Of a stretch of 64,000 bases of DNA, positions 1 to 11,083 are shown piece after piece. The notes beneath the pieces were generated by a model. The model was not told the origin of the DNA, ran no database searches, and saw only the letters and a program-made list of their open reading frames with translations. Position numbers and translations under genes: made by a program. Within the stretch, counting starts at the first letter, position 1, and each line of letters starts with the position of its first letter. Source of the DNA: Mayamaea pseudoterrestris (Eukaryota). The stretch lies in assembly GCA_027923505.1 (NCBI GenBank), contig BROI01000008.1, forward strand, positions 558,001 through 622,000, in the 5' to 3' direction.

Positions 1-606
1 CAGCCGTCCATCTTCCTGTCCTTAACTCTCCCGATCCAGACATTGAATGATCCTCCGTGTTACGTTCCGGATCCAACCTAGAAATAGTGGCGTTTTGACG
101 CTTCTTTCCACGTTTGTCTGAAAGCTTTGTCTTGGCTGCTTCCGCTTGCGCTTTGTCTAGTTCGTCAAACGACATTGGCAAGAGTCTCATTGAGCGAGCT
201 GGCTTTTGGCAAACTGGGCAAGATGTCATGGGGACGTTTTCGTGGAGAATCATGCAGCGCTGCAGGAAGACAACTGTTCGTGTGAGCTGCTGGGGGCATG
301 TCGTCATGCGTCATGCGCCATTAGCCTGAGATGATGCGAGGATTCGAAACGTACCGCATGCAGGCAGCAATTACAGTCCAGAATTTTAATGTCGCATCCA
401 GCAACTCCGCACCTGCGGTTATTAATAATGGAGTAAAAGTAAGCGGCGTGAAAGTTGTCAAACATACAGAGACTGGTGATGACGCTCTTTTCGAAACAAC
501 TCGCTAACCTTTTGCAACAGCAGCAGTCCGCCATGATATCCAAAGGAGCCATTTCACAAGCAGCAGCCGATGTCATTTTCGAAGGAACGCCGGCAGATGT
601 AAACAT
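1..606 (-). CDS. RING-finger protein with a downstream Myb/SANT-like motif (3' part lies outside the window)
   Basis: Spliced model: 606-509, 412-355, 259-<1, with GT-AG introns 508-413 and 354-260. This yields CCCCKRCGVAGCDIKILDCNCCLHARC...CPVC (RING-like) and ends in ELRTGRWTA, resembling the start of the stramenopile R(R/T)G(K/R)WTxEE Myb-like motif. Confidence 0.7.
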
Positions 607-943
607 GTCTATTCAAAAGTCAATCTGATACTATATAAACACGCACGAACACACAGTCACATTCGAACCTCAGTGTTCCCATGGTGGGTTGCCTCTGCAA
701 CCTCGCGCGCAAAGGAGCCAAACGAAAATCGACGTTTTACTGTGATATTTGGAGTACTCCACTTTCTAGCCCACAGTGATATCCGTGAATCTTTCGCTGG
801 CAGCTGCGTCAGAACGCGCCACGTGTGTCGCTTGTGAGTACCGCTAAGACAGAATTTCGCTATTCACCCTCCCTCCGACTGCCATGAGGAAAAATAAATG
901 AGCCGCTGCATCTTTGCGACATGCATTCACAGTCATCGTTTAC

Positions 944-2869
944 ATGACGCTCCAAAGATGTTGGTTTATAATCCTCTTACTACCATGGATGGTGCTGTCA
1001 AAACTGCGGAAAAGTATTGTGGATATGTTTTGCACAACGATCCGACAACCGCTGAATCACTTTGCAACTCCTCGACATTCAGTTCCCCACTACGATCAGC
1101 GTTATTGCGCATATGATTTCTCGAGTCCGCAAAATGCCACGTCTCCCGTCTTTTTCTATACTGGAAACGAGTCTCCGCTGGAGACTTACATTAATCATAC
1201 TGGTCTCATTTGGCAGCTAGCGGAGTCGATGCAAGTGACCGTCGTCTTTGCGGAACATCGCTATGAAGGGATTAGTCTTCCGTCTCCAGATATTCCTAAC
1301 TGCCTTGCATATTCATCGTCAGTGCAAGCGATCGCAGATTATGCTCGATTAATTGAGTTACACTACAAACCTCGACCAGTCATCCTCTTTGGAGGGTCGT
1401 ATGGCGGCATGCTCAGTGCTTGGATGAGGATGAAATATCCACACTTGGTGGCGGGAGCCATTGCGGCATCGGCTCCGATCTGGGGATTGCCACTCACGTC
1501 TAGCAAGATTGATGGAGCATCTTCTGCTATTTCGCGAGGCCTCCGACAGTCATACCCTCCAGTACTTGGTGAAGCGATTGTAGACGGAAATAACGCTCGA
1601 CCCGAGCAAGACGGAAACAATTGCGCCAACAATTTGCTTGCTGCATGGCCTTTGGTTCACGTACTGGGAGAATCAACGCGTGGAAGACACTTATTGGCCT
1701 CTTCATTCTCACTTTGCTCGCCCATGACGCACGGCGACGCGGCCACCCTGCTTCGGTGGGCGCAAAGTCCTTGGTTTGATTTAGCGGAAGGGAGCTTCCC
1801 GTATCCAAGTTCGTACCTTCCCTTTGCCTTGACGCACAATCAAAATGTCAGTCTACCAGCGTGGCCTTTGCAAGCTGCCTGCTGGAAAGTGAGCCATTTG
1901 CATCGACATTTGGGCGTCAGTTACGAAGGAAATATGTCGGATGTCCGTTTTAGAATTCGGTATGGAGATAGCAATTTGACTTTGAACGTTGACTGGGAAA
2001 AAAATACTGCAATTTCATATAACTTAAGTCGAATTGATTCATCACTGACGATTCGCAATTTGTTAACGAGCGTTCGCGATGCGGTGGGTGTGTGGTTCAA
2101 CATGACGCGTGACGTTCAATGTTACAATCTGACAGTAGCGCCAAGTACTCGTACTATTTTGCGCAAGCCATTGGCTCGAAATACTCAATTTCGTGAGGAT
2201 ATGTCTGTATCCGTGACACCAGGAGCTATCATCGACCAACGACAATTAACTAACTCTGAGTCTGGCGTCAATCGTACGGCACTCTGCGAACACCGCATCA
2301 GTAGTAGTGGCAGTTGGCCAGCGCTTTGCTGCAACGAAGAAATGAATCTGATCATAACCGACGCTTTTGGGATGGGCAGAGACGTATTTTGGCCGCCGTC
2401 GCATCCTCGAGGGACGCGAAGTTACCGAGACATAGTTACTTACAATCGACTTAACAATATGACAAATGATGACTCCTGCAGAGATAAGCATGGTGCTTTT
2501 GGTCTTTCTAACAATTCAGGCGATCCATGGTCAACTTGGCTAGACACAGTTTACGGAGGAACTCGGATTAAGTCGCATTCAAACATTATTTTTTCAAATG
2601 GTCTTCTCGATCCATGGTCCGCAGCTGGAGTTTACGACGTCGACCCGAGCGACGAGCGCTTTCGCGATGCTTCGAGCTCGCCCGTCCCTGGTGTCTTTAT
2701 GCAGAACATTTCGAATCAAGGCATGATCGCTCTTATCATGGAGCTTGGTGGTCACCACACTGACACTATGTACGATGACAAGGCAGATCCGCCTTCTATA
2801 CGCTTTGTCAGAGAGGTGGAACGAATTAATATTGTTGAGTGGATTAGACAATGGAACAGCCAAGGGTAG
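944..2869 (+). CDS. Secreted/lysosomal Pro-X carboxypeptidase (peptidase family S28, PRCP/DPP7-like)
   Basis: Motifs FFYTGNE, FAEHRYEG, GGSYGGML (catalytic Ser), LLDPW (Asp) and GHHTD (His). A hydrophobic signal peptide follows the first in-frame ATG at 944. Confidence 0.9.
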   Translation: MTLQRCWFIILLLPWMVLSKLRKSIVDMFCTTIRQPLNHFATPRHSVPHYDQRYCAYDFSSPQNATSPVFFYTGNESPLETYINHTGLIWQLAESMQVTVVFAEHRYEGISLPSPDIPNCLAYSSSVQAIADYARLIELHYKPRPVILFGGSYGGMLSAWMRMKYPHLVAGAIAASAPIWGLPLTSSKIDGASSAISRGLRQSYPPVLGEAIVDGNNARPEQDGNNCANNLLAAWPLVHVLGESTRGRHLLASSFSLCSPMTHGDAATLLRWAQSPWFDLAEGSFPYPSSYLPFALTHNQNVSLPAWPLQAACWKVSHLHRHLGVSYEGNMSDVRFRIRYGDSNLTLNVDWEKNTAISYNLSRIDSSLTIRNLLTSVRDAVGVWFNMTRDVQCYNLTVAPSTRTILRKPLARNTQFREDMSVSVTPGAIIDQRQLTNSESGVNRTALCEHRISSSGSWPALCCNEEMNLIITDAFGMGRDVFWPPSHPRGTRSYRDIVTYNRLNNMTNDDSCRDKHGAFGLSNNSGDPWSTWLDTVYGGTRIKSHSNIIFSNGLLDPWSAAGVYDVDPSDERFRDASSSPVPGVFMQNISNQGMIALIMELGGHHTDTMYDDKADPPSIRFVREVERINIVEWIRQWNSQG

Positions 2870-3074
2870 TTATGGTAAATGTCAAGAAAAATATCTAAAC
2901 TTATATGTATCAGGTAGCAGCACGCTAAGTACAATATCGCAATAGTTCGCTCCAACTTCGGAATATATCACAGCGCCGAACCGAAGAGTAAGCCCGATCG
3001 CAAGCGCCTGTTACTGCATCAGAAATGTACATTTGATATGCGAATAATGCAAGCGACTTAAGCACCGATTCACT

Positions 3075-4166
3075 TTAAGACGTTCGAGTACCATCGATAT
3101 CCACCCCTTCACGGTCTTCCGTCGAGACAGATCGAGCAAGATCCTTAGCCGCAGGTTGTCCTCTGTTGCTTGATAGCAAACTAGGGCCTGTGGAAACTCC
3201 GGTGACGCTAATAGGCGAGAGCGTCCGCTGCTGTTCCGCGGCTGCCGTGTTTTGAGCAGCCAGTTCGTGCAGTCGATGTCGGCAAAGCTGGAAGCTCTCA
3301 ACATCCAAAAAACTCGGTAGCTGAACTTGGATAGTAAGCGATAAAGCCGCCATGGCAATGATGGAAGGCTTCTGTGCTGAAAAGAATGAATCTACAACAG
3401 AATGCTCGACCAGAAACGTTGCAGTGTCGAGGATATCCTGATGATCAGCCGCCGCAAAATCGTTTGCATGAACGACGAGACCTTTCCAGTAATGATAGAG
3501 AAAGTCAATCGCAGTAGGCGGATGTACAAGCCACTCGAGTGTTGCGAGTATCTTGTATTCCATATCGATGATTTGCTGCTTGGTAAATCGTCCTTCAATG
3601 TGATGAGCCATGCAACTGACGGGAAGGACTCGCGCATTGCCGGAAAGTTTCATGGCAAGGAAGACACTACCGACGGAGAGCAGCTGATAATCATGGCAGG
3701 ATGTGCAAGGCTTCGAAATAATCATTCGATCAATATAGTTTAAGGCAACCGAGACGCATTCTCGAGGAAAGTTGTAATGATCCATGACTGCATAGTGTAA
3801 ATTATGAGATTTGAGACGACAGCGTGAGGACGTGAGAACCCTCGCCAATGTAGACTAAATATCACTACCAGGTAATCATGACATCTTCTCGTCGAGTAGT
3901 AAGAACCGACGCGGCAGCGTTTAGCTCAAACGATTACACTTACTCCGTAGTGCCCATTCACCAATCTTGTTGCGAGCTACAGGTGTCGGTATCCACGTGA
4001 CTTTGCTTTCTGCTGCATTCGCAGTCGAGGTCGAGGTACAGGAAGCAATCTCGCTAGTCACAAGCTGGGAGTAGTAGCGACATTCTTGATGGAGGAGAGC
4101 TTGCATTAAAGTCGGAGTCAGGTTACTGCGCTGTTGATTGTCGGCCGTAAATTTATGTGGTGTCAT
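3075..4166 (-). CDS. Cyclin (diatom-specific cyclin type)
   Basis: Two exons, 4166-3944 and 3787-3075 (intron 3943-3788, GTAAGT..CAG). The join gives the cyclin box RNKIGEWALRIMDHYNFPRECVSVALNYIDR...YQLLSVGSVFLAMK...MEYKILATLEWLVHPPT. Confidence 0.88.
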
Positions 4167-4556
4167 GGTAAAGATTCAGTTGACAAATGACAGCACACGG
4201 TCAACGCAAGATCGATCAAAGTAGGTTTATTACTGGCTCATGAGGAGGCTAGCCTTTTATCAGAATTAAGACAGGTAGAGTGCATACCAATAGACTGTAA
4301 TGCAATGCTCAAGGGCAGCAGGGAAACATGAAGGCACACCTCGTCCTCGTGAGGTTTCGGTGCGAACGAAGGCCGTCGAGATTTTGTTCGCTTCCGTGTT
4401 CCGTTGACGCGTCTTTTCATGCACGCATGTGACACCTTTCATTCACTGTCAAAACAAAACTTCGACGGGAGTCGTCGAGCTAGAATAGCAATGCGAAGTG
4501 GATACAAGTACAGTAACATAGTAGCAAAATAGGAGTTACTCGTCCTAACTACAAAA

Positions 4557-5771
4557 TTATAAGCCAGAGAAATCAACAAAGGACGCCAAATCCTCGTAGC
4601 ATGCTGCCCGAAGCTTCTCGCTGACCAGTTGTCGGACTGAAGACCACTGCTTGCCTTCAAGCGCAGCGATATCTACAAGACTATTGACTTCATCAATGAT
4701 TGATTGGTCCAAAGTTTTACCATGTTGAGAATCCTCCCGCTCCATCTCTTTTATCTTGTCGTAAAATGTCTTGAGCTTCGTGAGAGCTACATCTGTCGGA
4801 TCAGAAACGTCTGCAACTTGCGCAATGACAGCCACTTCTCGCAAATCTTCTCGAAAAAATCCAACAGTTGAGAGCGGAAGGTGAAGGCACATGCGCGCCG
4901 CATCGCGTGCTTCTTCTTCGCGCTGAGAAAAAGATCGAAGTAGCTTGGCATACGACAAAAAAGTGGATCCAAAACCGGGCAGCTTCCTGCTGGCAGTTTC
5001 GGCAGCGATAAGAGACGATCGTTCGTCACCTTTGCTAGCGTGCTGCTTTGACATGTTCTCATAAAGATCAGGGAAGGGTCCTACGCGGAGTAAAACGTAC
5101 TTATCGACGCCGTATCCCAATTTTTCGACAGCACCCGGTGTGTACGGATCGTCGAGCCCTTCTTTTCCCAATGATCCTGCTCCCAGTCCATCATTGTACA
5201 ATTCCACAACATCAGCGTCCGTTGCTTCAGCGTCGCATTCGCATACAATGCGTCGCATCAAGTGCTCTGAGTTAAGTGCCAGCAGTCTCATACCTGGCGC
5301 CCCAGCCGCCGATTCAACGATTGGCCAAGGTTGATGGCGGTTATCGTCGAGACTATTATCAGCATGTGGGTCACGATATGCGCAAATGTAGTTTCCCGAT
5401 TTACTTGACTTAGCAATTGGGTACAGAAAGGGATGTAGATTGTATAGTTCGTCGGATGCTATTGTCGTTGCTCTATCCATGGAAGAAATGAGCTCTGGCG
5501 TATCTTGGTTAGATAATGGCAGGGTTACCGGAACCATGTCATTCTTAAAGTCGCAGCCAATGCTTCCTGGGGCACCTCTACGGGATAGTAGTTGCTGCAG
5601 CTTGCAGAGACGCGAAATATAGTTTTCGACAGGTGAGGCCGAGGTCGACGATGATGCAAGCAAGCGCGTCGTTGTGCAGCGATTTGATGCCGACAAGCGG
5701 CATGCAAAGCCCCCGACAGTGATTGGTCGCACCGTTAATAAAGTCAGTAGCATGGTGGCCTCTCTTATCAT
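4557..5771 (-). CDS. Plastid-targeted homologue of plant PROTEIN IN CHLOROPLAST ATPASE BIOGENESIS (PAB-like)
   Basis: Signal peptide ending GG-FAC, then a Ser/Thr/Arg-rich transit peptide. Motifs LHPFLYPIA, YVLLRVGPFPDLYE, LPGFG and EARDAARMCLHLP occur in the same order as recalled for plant PAB. Confidence 0.7.
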   Translation of the reverse strand: MIREATMLLTLLTVRPITVGGFACRLSASNRCTTTRLLASSSTSASPVENYISRLCKLQQLLSRRGAPGSIGCDFKNDMVPVTLPLSNQDTPELISSMDRATTIASDELYNLHPFLYPIAKSSKSGNYICAYRDPHADNSLDDNRHQPWPIVESAAGAPGMRLLALNSEHLMRRIVCECDAEATDADVVELYNDGLGAGSLGKEGLDDPYTPGAVEKLGYGVDKYVLLRVGPFPDLYENMSKQHASKGDERSSLIAAETASRKLPGFGSTFLSYAKLLRSFSQREEEARDAARMCLHLPLSTVGFFREDLREVAVIAQVADVSDPTDVALTKLKTFYDKIKEMEREDSQHGKTLDQSIIDEVNSLVDIAALEGKQWSSVRQLVSEKLRAACYEDLASFVDFSGL

Positions 5772-6108
5772 GGTGATTTCCGCCTTGTGTACTCAGTTTG
5801 TGAATCTGCTAGGTAGCCGTGGGCCATGGCGGTAGAGGGTAACTCGATGGTCGTCGAAGGTACAGTATTGTGATGGCAAGCGACTGACGCATTTCATGCG
5901 AGCGTCGTAGCGGTACTTTTAAGCCAATCAGAATACAAATTTGAGTTGGTAGAGCCCTTCACATACTGTAGTTAACTGCAAGCATGAACAAGTACAGTAC
6001 AAGTCTCCGGTGTTATAATCCATGCCATAATTATGTTCGGTTCCGTCTACCTATATGATAGCTTAATGTCCCGCATACTCAGAAAATGAGTGTCTCTCAG
6101 TTACACAA

Positions 6109-7170
6109 TTACGGAAGGCTCGGGCCCTCTATGAACGACATGTGTCGCTCATTTTCAATTAATTCGATCATTTTCAACTCAAGAAACTCCTCGAGTTGCT
6201 TGTATGGAGGAGGTGATTGTTTATCGTTGCTTCCTGACATAAGAGAAAACTTCTTTCTCGTTTCAGTGTCAATAAAGTAGCGAATCGTCGTCCATACCCA
6301 GCCAAACATGTGCGGAATGGGATAAACAAGTGCAGAACCAAGTCGCTCGGGAAAGTTGGATAATAACAAAGGAATTGTATGTTTTGCGAATGATATGAAG
6401 CCTGTTATTGGCATGTTGGGCCAGCCAACACCTGATCGCACATCGACAATGACACAAAGACGTTCCAGTGAATCGCGTTTTAATTTTTGGTCGCAGTAAA
6501 GAGCAATAGCGAGAGAGTACACCATAGTATCTGCGATTTGATCATCGATCAAACCAGGTAGTATTTGCAATATCCTATATTCCTGTCGACAAACGGCATT
6601 GGAGGGCATACGAGCCACGCGAGGCAAGTCAATAGCGAGTTTACCATGCGCATGTAGAGCCCTCGCCGCAGCAAGGTTCCATTCACCATGATCAGCATCA
6701 GCAATTGCAGTAGACATTATGTTGATATCTCGCGGCAATGGCTCATACTGGCTCTTCCACTGAATGTAGGAAGCGAGGGAGTCTGTCGATCGCTTCATGT
6801 CGCCGTTTCGTGCCGCCAAGAATCTAAATCGCTCTTCCTTTGTTGACTCTGAAACAGCTTCCTCAAGCATTGCTTGAGCCTCATCTTGAGCTTGCTTCAA
6901 ATGAGTCGTTTCGTCTGGTTGTGATGCTTCGTCCTCTGAATCCGAGAGGGTCGATTGGTGAGGGACCTCGTCATGTCGAAGCAAGAGCGATTTCGAAGCT
7001 TCATCCTGCACCTCCAATGTAGATAGCTGTCGTCGGAGTTTCCAGGACCATAGCGATACCAGGAAAGCAAGCAGATTGGTAGTTACAGCAACCATTGCAA
7101 AAACAAGGTTCATGTTCGTGGGTTCTTCGCTTCGAGTCTTTCGATTTGTTGGGTGATTGGCAATTGGCAT
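6109..7170 (-). CDS. CRAL-TRIO/Sec14-like lipid-binding protein with N-terminal membrane anchor
   Basis: ERFRFLAARNGD (CRAL-N-like), CVIVDVRSG, and LLSNFPERLGSALVYPIP...WTTIRYFID. The start could be 7170 or a nearby downstream ATG. Confidence 0.85.
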   Translation of the reverse strand: MPIANHPTNRKTRSEEPTNMNLVFAMVAVTTNLLAFLVSLWSWKLRRQLSTLEVQDEASKSLLLRHDEVPHQSTLSDSEDEASQPDETTHLKQAQDEAQAMLEEAVSESTKEERFRFLAARNGDMKRSTDSLASYIQWKSQYEPLPRDINIMSTAIADADHGEWNLAAARALHAHGKLAIDLPRVARMPSNAVCRQEYRILQILPGLIDDQIADTMVYSLAIALYCDQKLKRDSLERLCVIVDVRSGVGWPNMPITGFISFAKHTIPLLLSNFPERLGSALVYPIPHMFGWVWTTIRYFIDTETRKKFSLMSGSNDKQSPPPYKQLEEFLELKMIELIENERHMSFIEGPSLP

Positions 7171-7292
7171 CAGGCATCGCAGAATTTCGGATTCTGTGTT
7201 GTTAATAATAGCTAAAATTTTCGCACGTCGCCGTCACACATTCGGCACCTTCACCATGAGAAAAAATGACCGCGCTCTGCCGAGAGTCAAAC

Positions 7293-8876
7293 ATGGCCAC
7301 ACCTACCGGTGGTGAGAAAGAAAGCTTTAATCTAGTAATAGAGACTGTCAAGCTATTTCACATTGGTATTCCATCGGCAAGTGGCTGACGGCGCGTGGCA
7401 AACGTTGATTGACCGTCTATTCATTCATCGCTTCATCGCCGTACCTCACACCTCACATTACTACTTAATGTCACACGTCTGCAGGTAGCTGTACAGTTCA
7501 ATCTCTATGTCATATTCCCCATAACAGCCAGTGCCGTCGGCAAAACACTGGGAGCGCAGGATCTCGCAGCCTTTTCACTGGGCTCACTCGTCGGAAGTTT
7601 AACGTGCCTTTCCGTCATTGTTGGATCGCTTTCGGCTGCTGATACTCTCATGCCCAGAGCCTATGGTTCAGGTCACTACGATGAAATTGGTCAACTGGCA
7701 ATCCGCAGTTTTGTAGTATGTGGAGCAATCATGCTCCCTTTGCTTGTTGCTTTATCGCAAGCAACCTGGATCGAATCCTTGTTGAGCAGTCTTGGACAAG
7801 ACGCAACTGTTTCCGCCAAAGCAGCTACCTGGATCCAAATTTATCTCATTGGAGTCCCACCCAATATTCTTTTACGAATCATTCAGCGATTCTGCGTCGC
7901 TCAGCATCGACCTTGGCCGCCCGTAGCGGCCTCAATCATGCCAAGCGTCATCATGTTTCAGTTCCTGGTGCAGCGGTGTATACACTGGTTTGGATTCTTG
8001 GGATCTGCAATTGCCATTGTCACCTGCCAGTGGATGATGTGCTTTATGCTATTGTTACACATGCGAATCTTTCGCGGAACTGCATACGTGTCTGCTTCGT
8101 GGCCAGGCATGTCGTTGTCTTATCTGAGGGAGTCGCTCGCTCTGGAGCCGATGAAACATTTCCTTCACTTGAGTCTCGGAGGAGTGGCAGCTCTCAGCGA
8201 ATGGTGGTTTTGGGAGTGCATGTGCCTTGTTGCGGGTACCTTTGGCGTCGTTGAACTATGCGCGCACAGCATTGCCTACAACATTATTCCACTTTGCTTC
8301 ATGCTACCCTTGGGAATGAGCATTGGTCTTTCTGTTCGCATGGGGGCAGTTTTGGCTTATGATCCCTCCGTTGCAAAGAAGATGGCTGCCTATACGCTGC
8401 TGCTTGCAGCGATTGCTGGTGTGCTAATGAGCATACTACTCTACATGTTCCGAATGCATGTGATTGAATTATTTACCAGCGATCCTGACGTGCGTCAGCA
8501 ATGTCTTACCATCTGGGGCAGAGTTTGCTGCTACGTTGTTGTTCTATACGTGTTTGGAATCAATGGAGCTATTCTGAGAGCGCTCGGCTTGCAATGGACC
8601 ATGGCTGCTGCCTTGGGTGGGACCTTGTGGGCGGCGGCCCTGCCAACAATTCTCTGGATTTCTGTACACAACGAAGGTGGATTGGTCAGTCAATGGACTT
8701 TGCTGCCGATATTCTACATGTTGCTGCAACTCTTGCTCGCGTCATGCTACACATCATTCGATTGGGAGGCCCGTCGTGCTCAGATACAGCCCTTGACGAT
8801 TCACCAGTTGATGGATAATGGTAACGGTGAAGAGCAGCTGCCACTCTTGCCTGCGGCAGGAATTGAAGTTTTATGA
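7293..8876 (+). CDS. MATE-family efflux transporter
   Basis: Exons 7293-7376 and 7485-8876. Motifs LAAFSLGSLVG, DTLMPRAYG, SEWWFWE and GLSVRMGAVL, with multiple TM segments. Confidence 0.9.
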
Positions 8877-9134
8877 CGATCATGCGTAAATCTCTGCGTA
8901 ACTTTCTCAAATTCTCGTTTGCCAAGCAGCAACACCCAAATTATATTGGTGATGCTCATATCGCAGTGACGCACAAATTATTGCGTGTGATGGCGAATAT
9001 AACACGTTAGTAACTTCATTTTTCAATAGTTCAACAGAACTACTAACTCAGAAGTACCATCAGGTATCTTGGTACAACTAAGTTAGCTCGTTGAACGATC
9101 GAATCATTCCATTCGTCACAGCGTCACCGATCCA

Positions 9135-9428
9135 ATGAAGATTCTTGATACAGAAGACGATATGCAGACACGTCCCAGCGGCGGCTTTGGCGAGCGACCC
9201 GTCTACGAAACGCAAGCGTACATTGCGAGACCTGCAGGAGATCTCGGCGACTGGAAGGATTTTACTAGTGCGGAATTGAATGACGCAGTCATGCAGAGTG
9301 GAGATAAAATAATGGAGGAAGGTATAGTTATCGTTGTGGCTAATACTGGCAAGATTATTCGACGAGGCGTGGGCAAAATTCCATGGCGGCAAATCGTAGA
9401 TGAGCTGGAGGAGGCCGTCAGGGCATAA
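9135..9428 (+). pseudogene. Orphan C-terminal fragment resembling LPA1/DUF3493-type plastid proteins
   Basis: The 97-aa ORF ends GIVIVVANTGKIIRRGVGKIPWRQIVDEL, similar to the LPA1 C-terminal GxGxPxW motif. There is an in-frame stop at 9084 and no room for a full N-terminus after the MATE stop at 8876. Confidence 0.4.
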
Positions 9429-9829
9429 AGATATAAGCGTCGCCGTTCCATTAAACCGTACCGGTAGAGCATGATCATTGTATTGCGCAGCACGCACCAT
9501 GTGGCGAAGCAAGCATTATGTGTACCTTGGTTTTGTGAACCGAACGCTCCAATAATATGATGATGATGCGTTGAAGGCCTAAAGCAAGAAAAGCAGTTAG
9601 TCAATGTTGCTCTTGATAATCCCAGAATGCGGCTGCACGAATTTGCAATACACTCTCCCTTTTATGGCAAAAGCCGAATCGCCCATGCGTTGACGGCACA
9701 GGTTGAATCGTGTCTATCTCGCACCCATTGGAAAACTTTCCACTCGTAAATAAAGAGGGAAGGCCTAGTAAGGATGCTTGCGCGAGCTGCGACCCATAGT
9801 GCACTTACCAGGTGCTTGCGTTTTTTTCC

Positions 9830-10696
9830 TCAACCTCCACTGATCGACTGCATCATCGTCTCCTCCACAATCGCTGACACATCGTGAGGAGTAACAGATC
9901 CGCGCTCAATGACAGCAGATGCAATCGCAACCAGTTCATCATGGTCCAAAAACAAGAAACATTCTTCATTGTCAGATACGCCTGTCAACCTTTCTTCTTT
10001 AAGCAAGGTCTTGATACGATTACCGATTGTACTAGCAGGAATTCCAAACTCGTCTGCAATGTCACCTACATTTACGTATTTCTTAGCCTTGGCAAGATCA
10101 GCAAACTGGTCAACACTCATGGAGCTCGTCGGCGTTGACAGGAAAGTGTCCCATTCCTTTAACGTAGCCTCTTCCCGCGCTTTCATCTCTTTTTTCTTTC
10201 GAGTCGCTTCCTCCTGCTGTCGTCTAGCTTCGTCGACTTCCCGTTGCTCCTTGTCCTTTCGCGCTGCATCTTGCGCTAGTCTTTGCTGCTCCAAACGATC
10301 AGCCTCGAACAGCTTCCGTTCTGTCTTTTCCTGTGCTTTTGCAGCTTTTTGACGTTCCTTTCTGCTCATAGTAGCATGTTGTTGCGGTTGAGTTGGACTC
10401 TCCCATCGCCCATCTTGGCCTTGGCGTTCCATCCGTCGCTTCTCCTTCATTATGACGTGTGCACGAGCTCGTCGCTCTGCTCGAGTGAGTGTGGAAACAT
10501 CGGATCGCTTCAGCCTGTCTTCGTAAACTTCATCGTTGCCGATTTCCCCGTCAAGCTCTGCAGACGTCTTGAGGCGAACTACAATCACACTGAAAATGGT
10601 GGCGGCGAGAGCGACGAACCCGCAGGCGGAAACAATAAGCAGAGCGGCATTAGATAACGGCACATCAACGGATCCGCCAAGTGGCCCGTTAGTCAT
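9830..10696 (-). CDS. DDRGK1: DDRGK domain-containing protein (UFM1 E3 adaptor, UFBP1-like)
   Basis: N-terminal TM anchor, a long charged coiled coil, and a C-terminal winged helix FADLAKAKKYVNVGDIADEFG...NRIKTLLKEERLTGV...ELVAIASAVIERGSVT. Confidence 0.8.
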   Translation of the reverse strand: MTNGPLGGSVDVPLSNAALLIVSACGFVALAATIFSVIVVRLKTSAELDGEIGNDEVYEDRLKRSDVSTLTRAERRARAHVIMKEKRRMERQGQDGRWESPTQPQQHATMSRKERQKAAKAQEKTERKLFEADRLEQQRLAQDAARKDKEQREVDEARRQQEEATRKKKEMKAREEATLKEWDTFLSTPTSSMSVDQFADLAKAKKYVNVGDIADEFGIPASTIGNRIKTLLKEERLTGVSDNEECFLFLDHDELVAIASAVIERGSVTPHDVSAIVEETMMQSISGG

Positions 10697-11083
10697 GGCA
10701 ATAATAAAATCACGGATGTTATCCGTCACATTCAAGCGAAAGGTTTGAAGACTGGTCCATGGCGTGGATGAATGGCGCGCCGCGACCGCCGCGATTGTTT
10801 TCAATCGGCTTCAGTACCAGTATGATTTAAAAAGTTATTCTACATAAGCCTCACTTTTTGACACGACAGCCGTTTTGCGATGAATGACCGCGTGACTTCG
10901 TGACGACCACCATGCCTCCCAATTCCCGTACATAACTGTGCATGTTACACATCTTCCAGACGCCCTGCTCCGTCTTTGTCAAATCTTTGGCTTACATACA
11001 CAAGCAGGACATTCTGGACCTGCTTGTGTTACTGTCAACGATCGATTGACATCACTGTCAATTTGATTCTGCACGCGTCCAAC

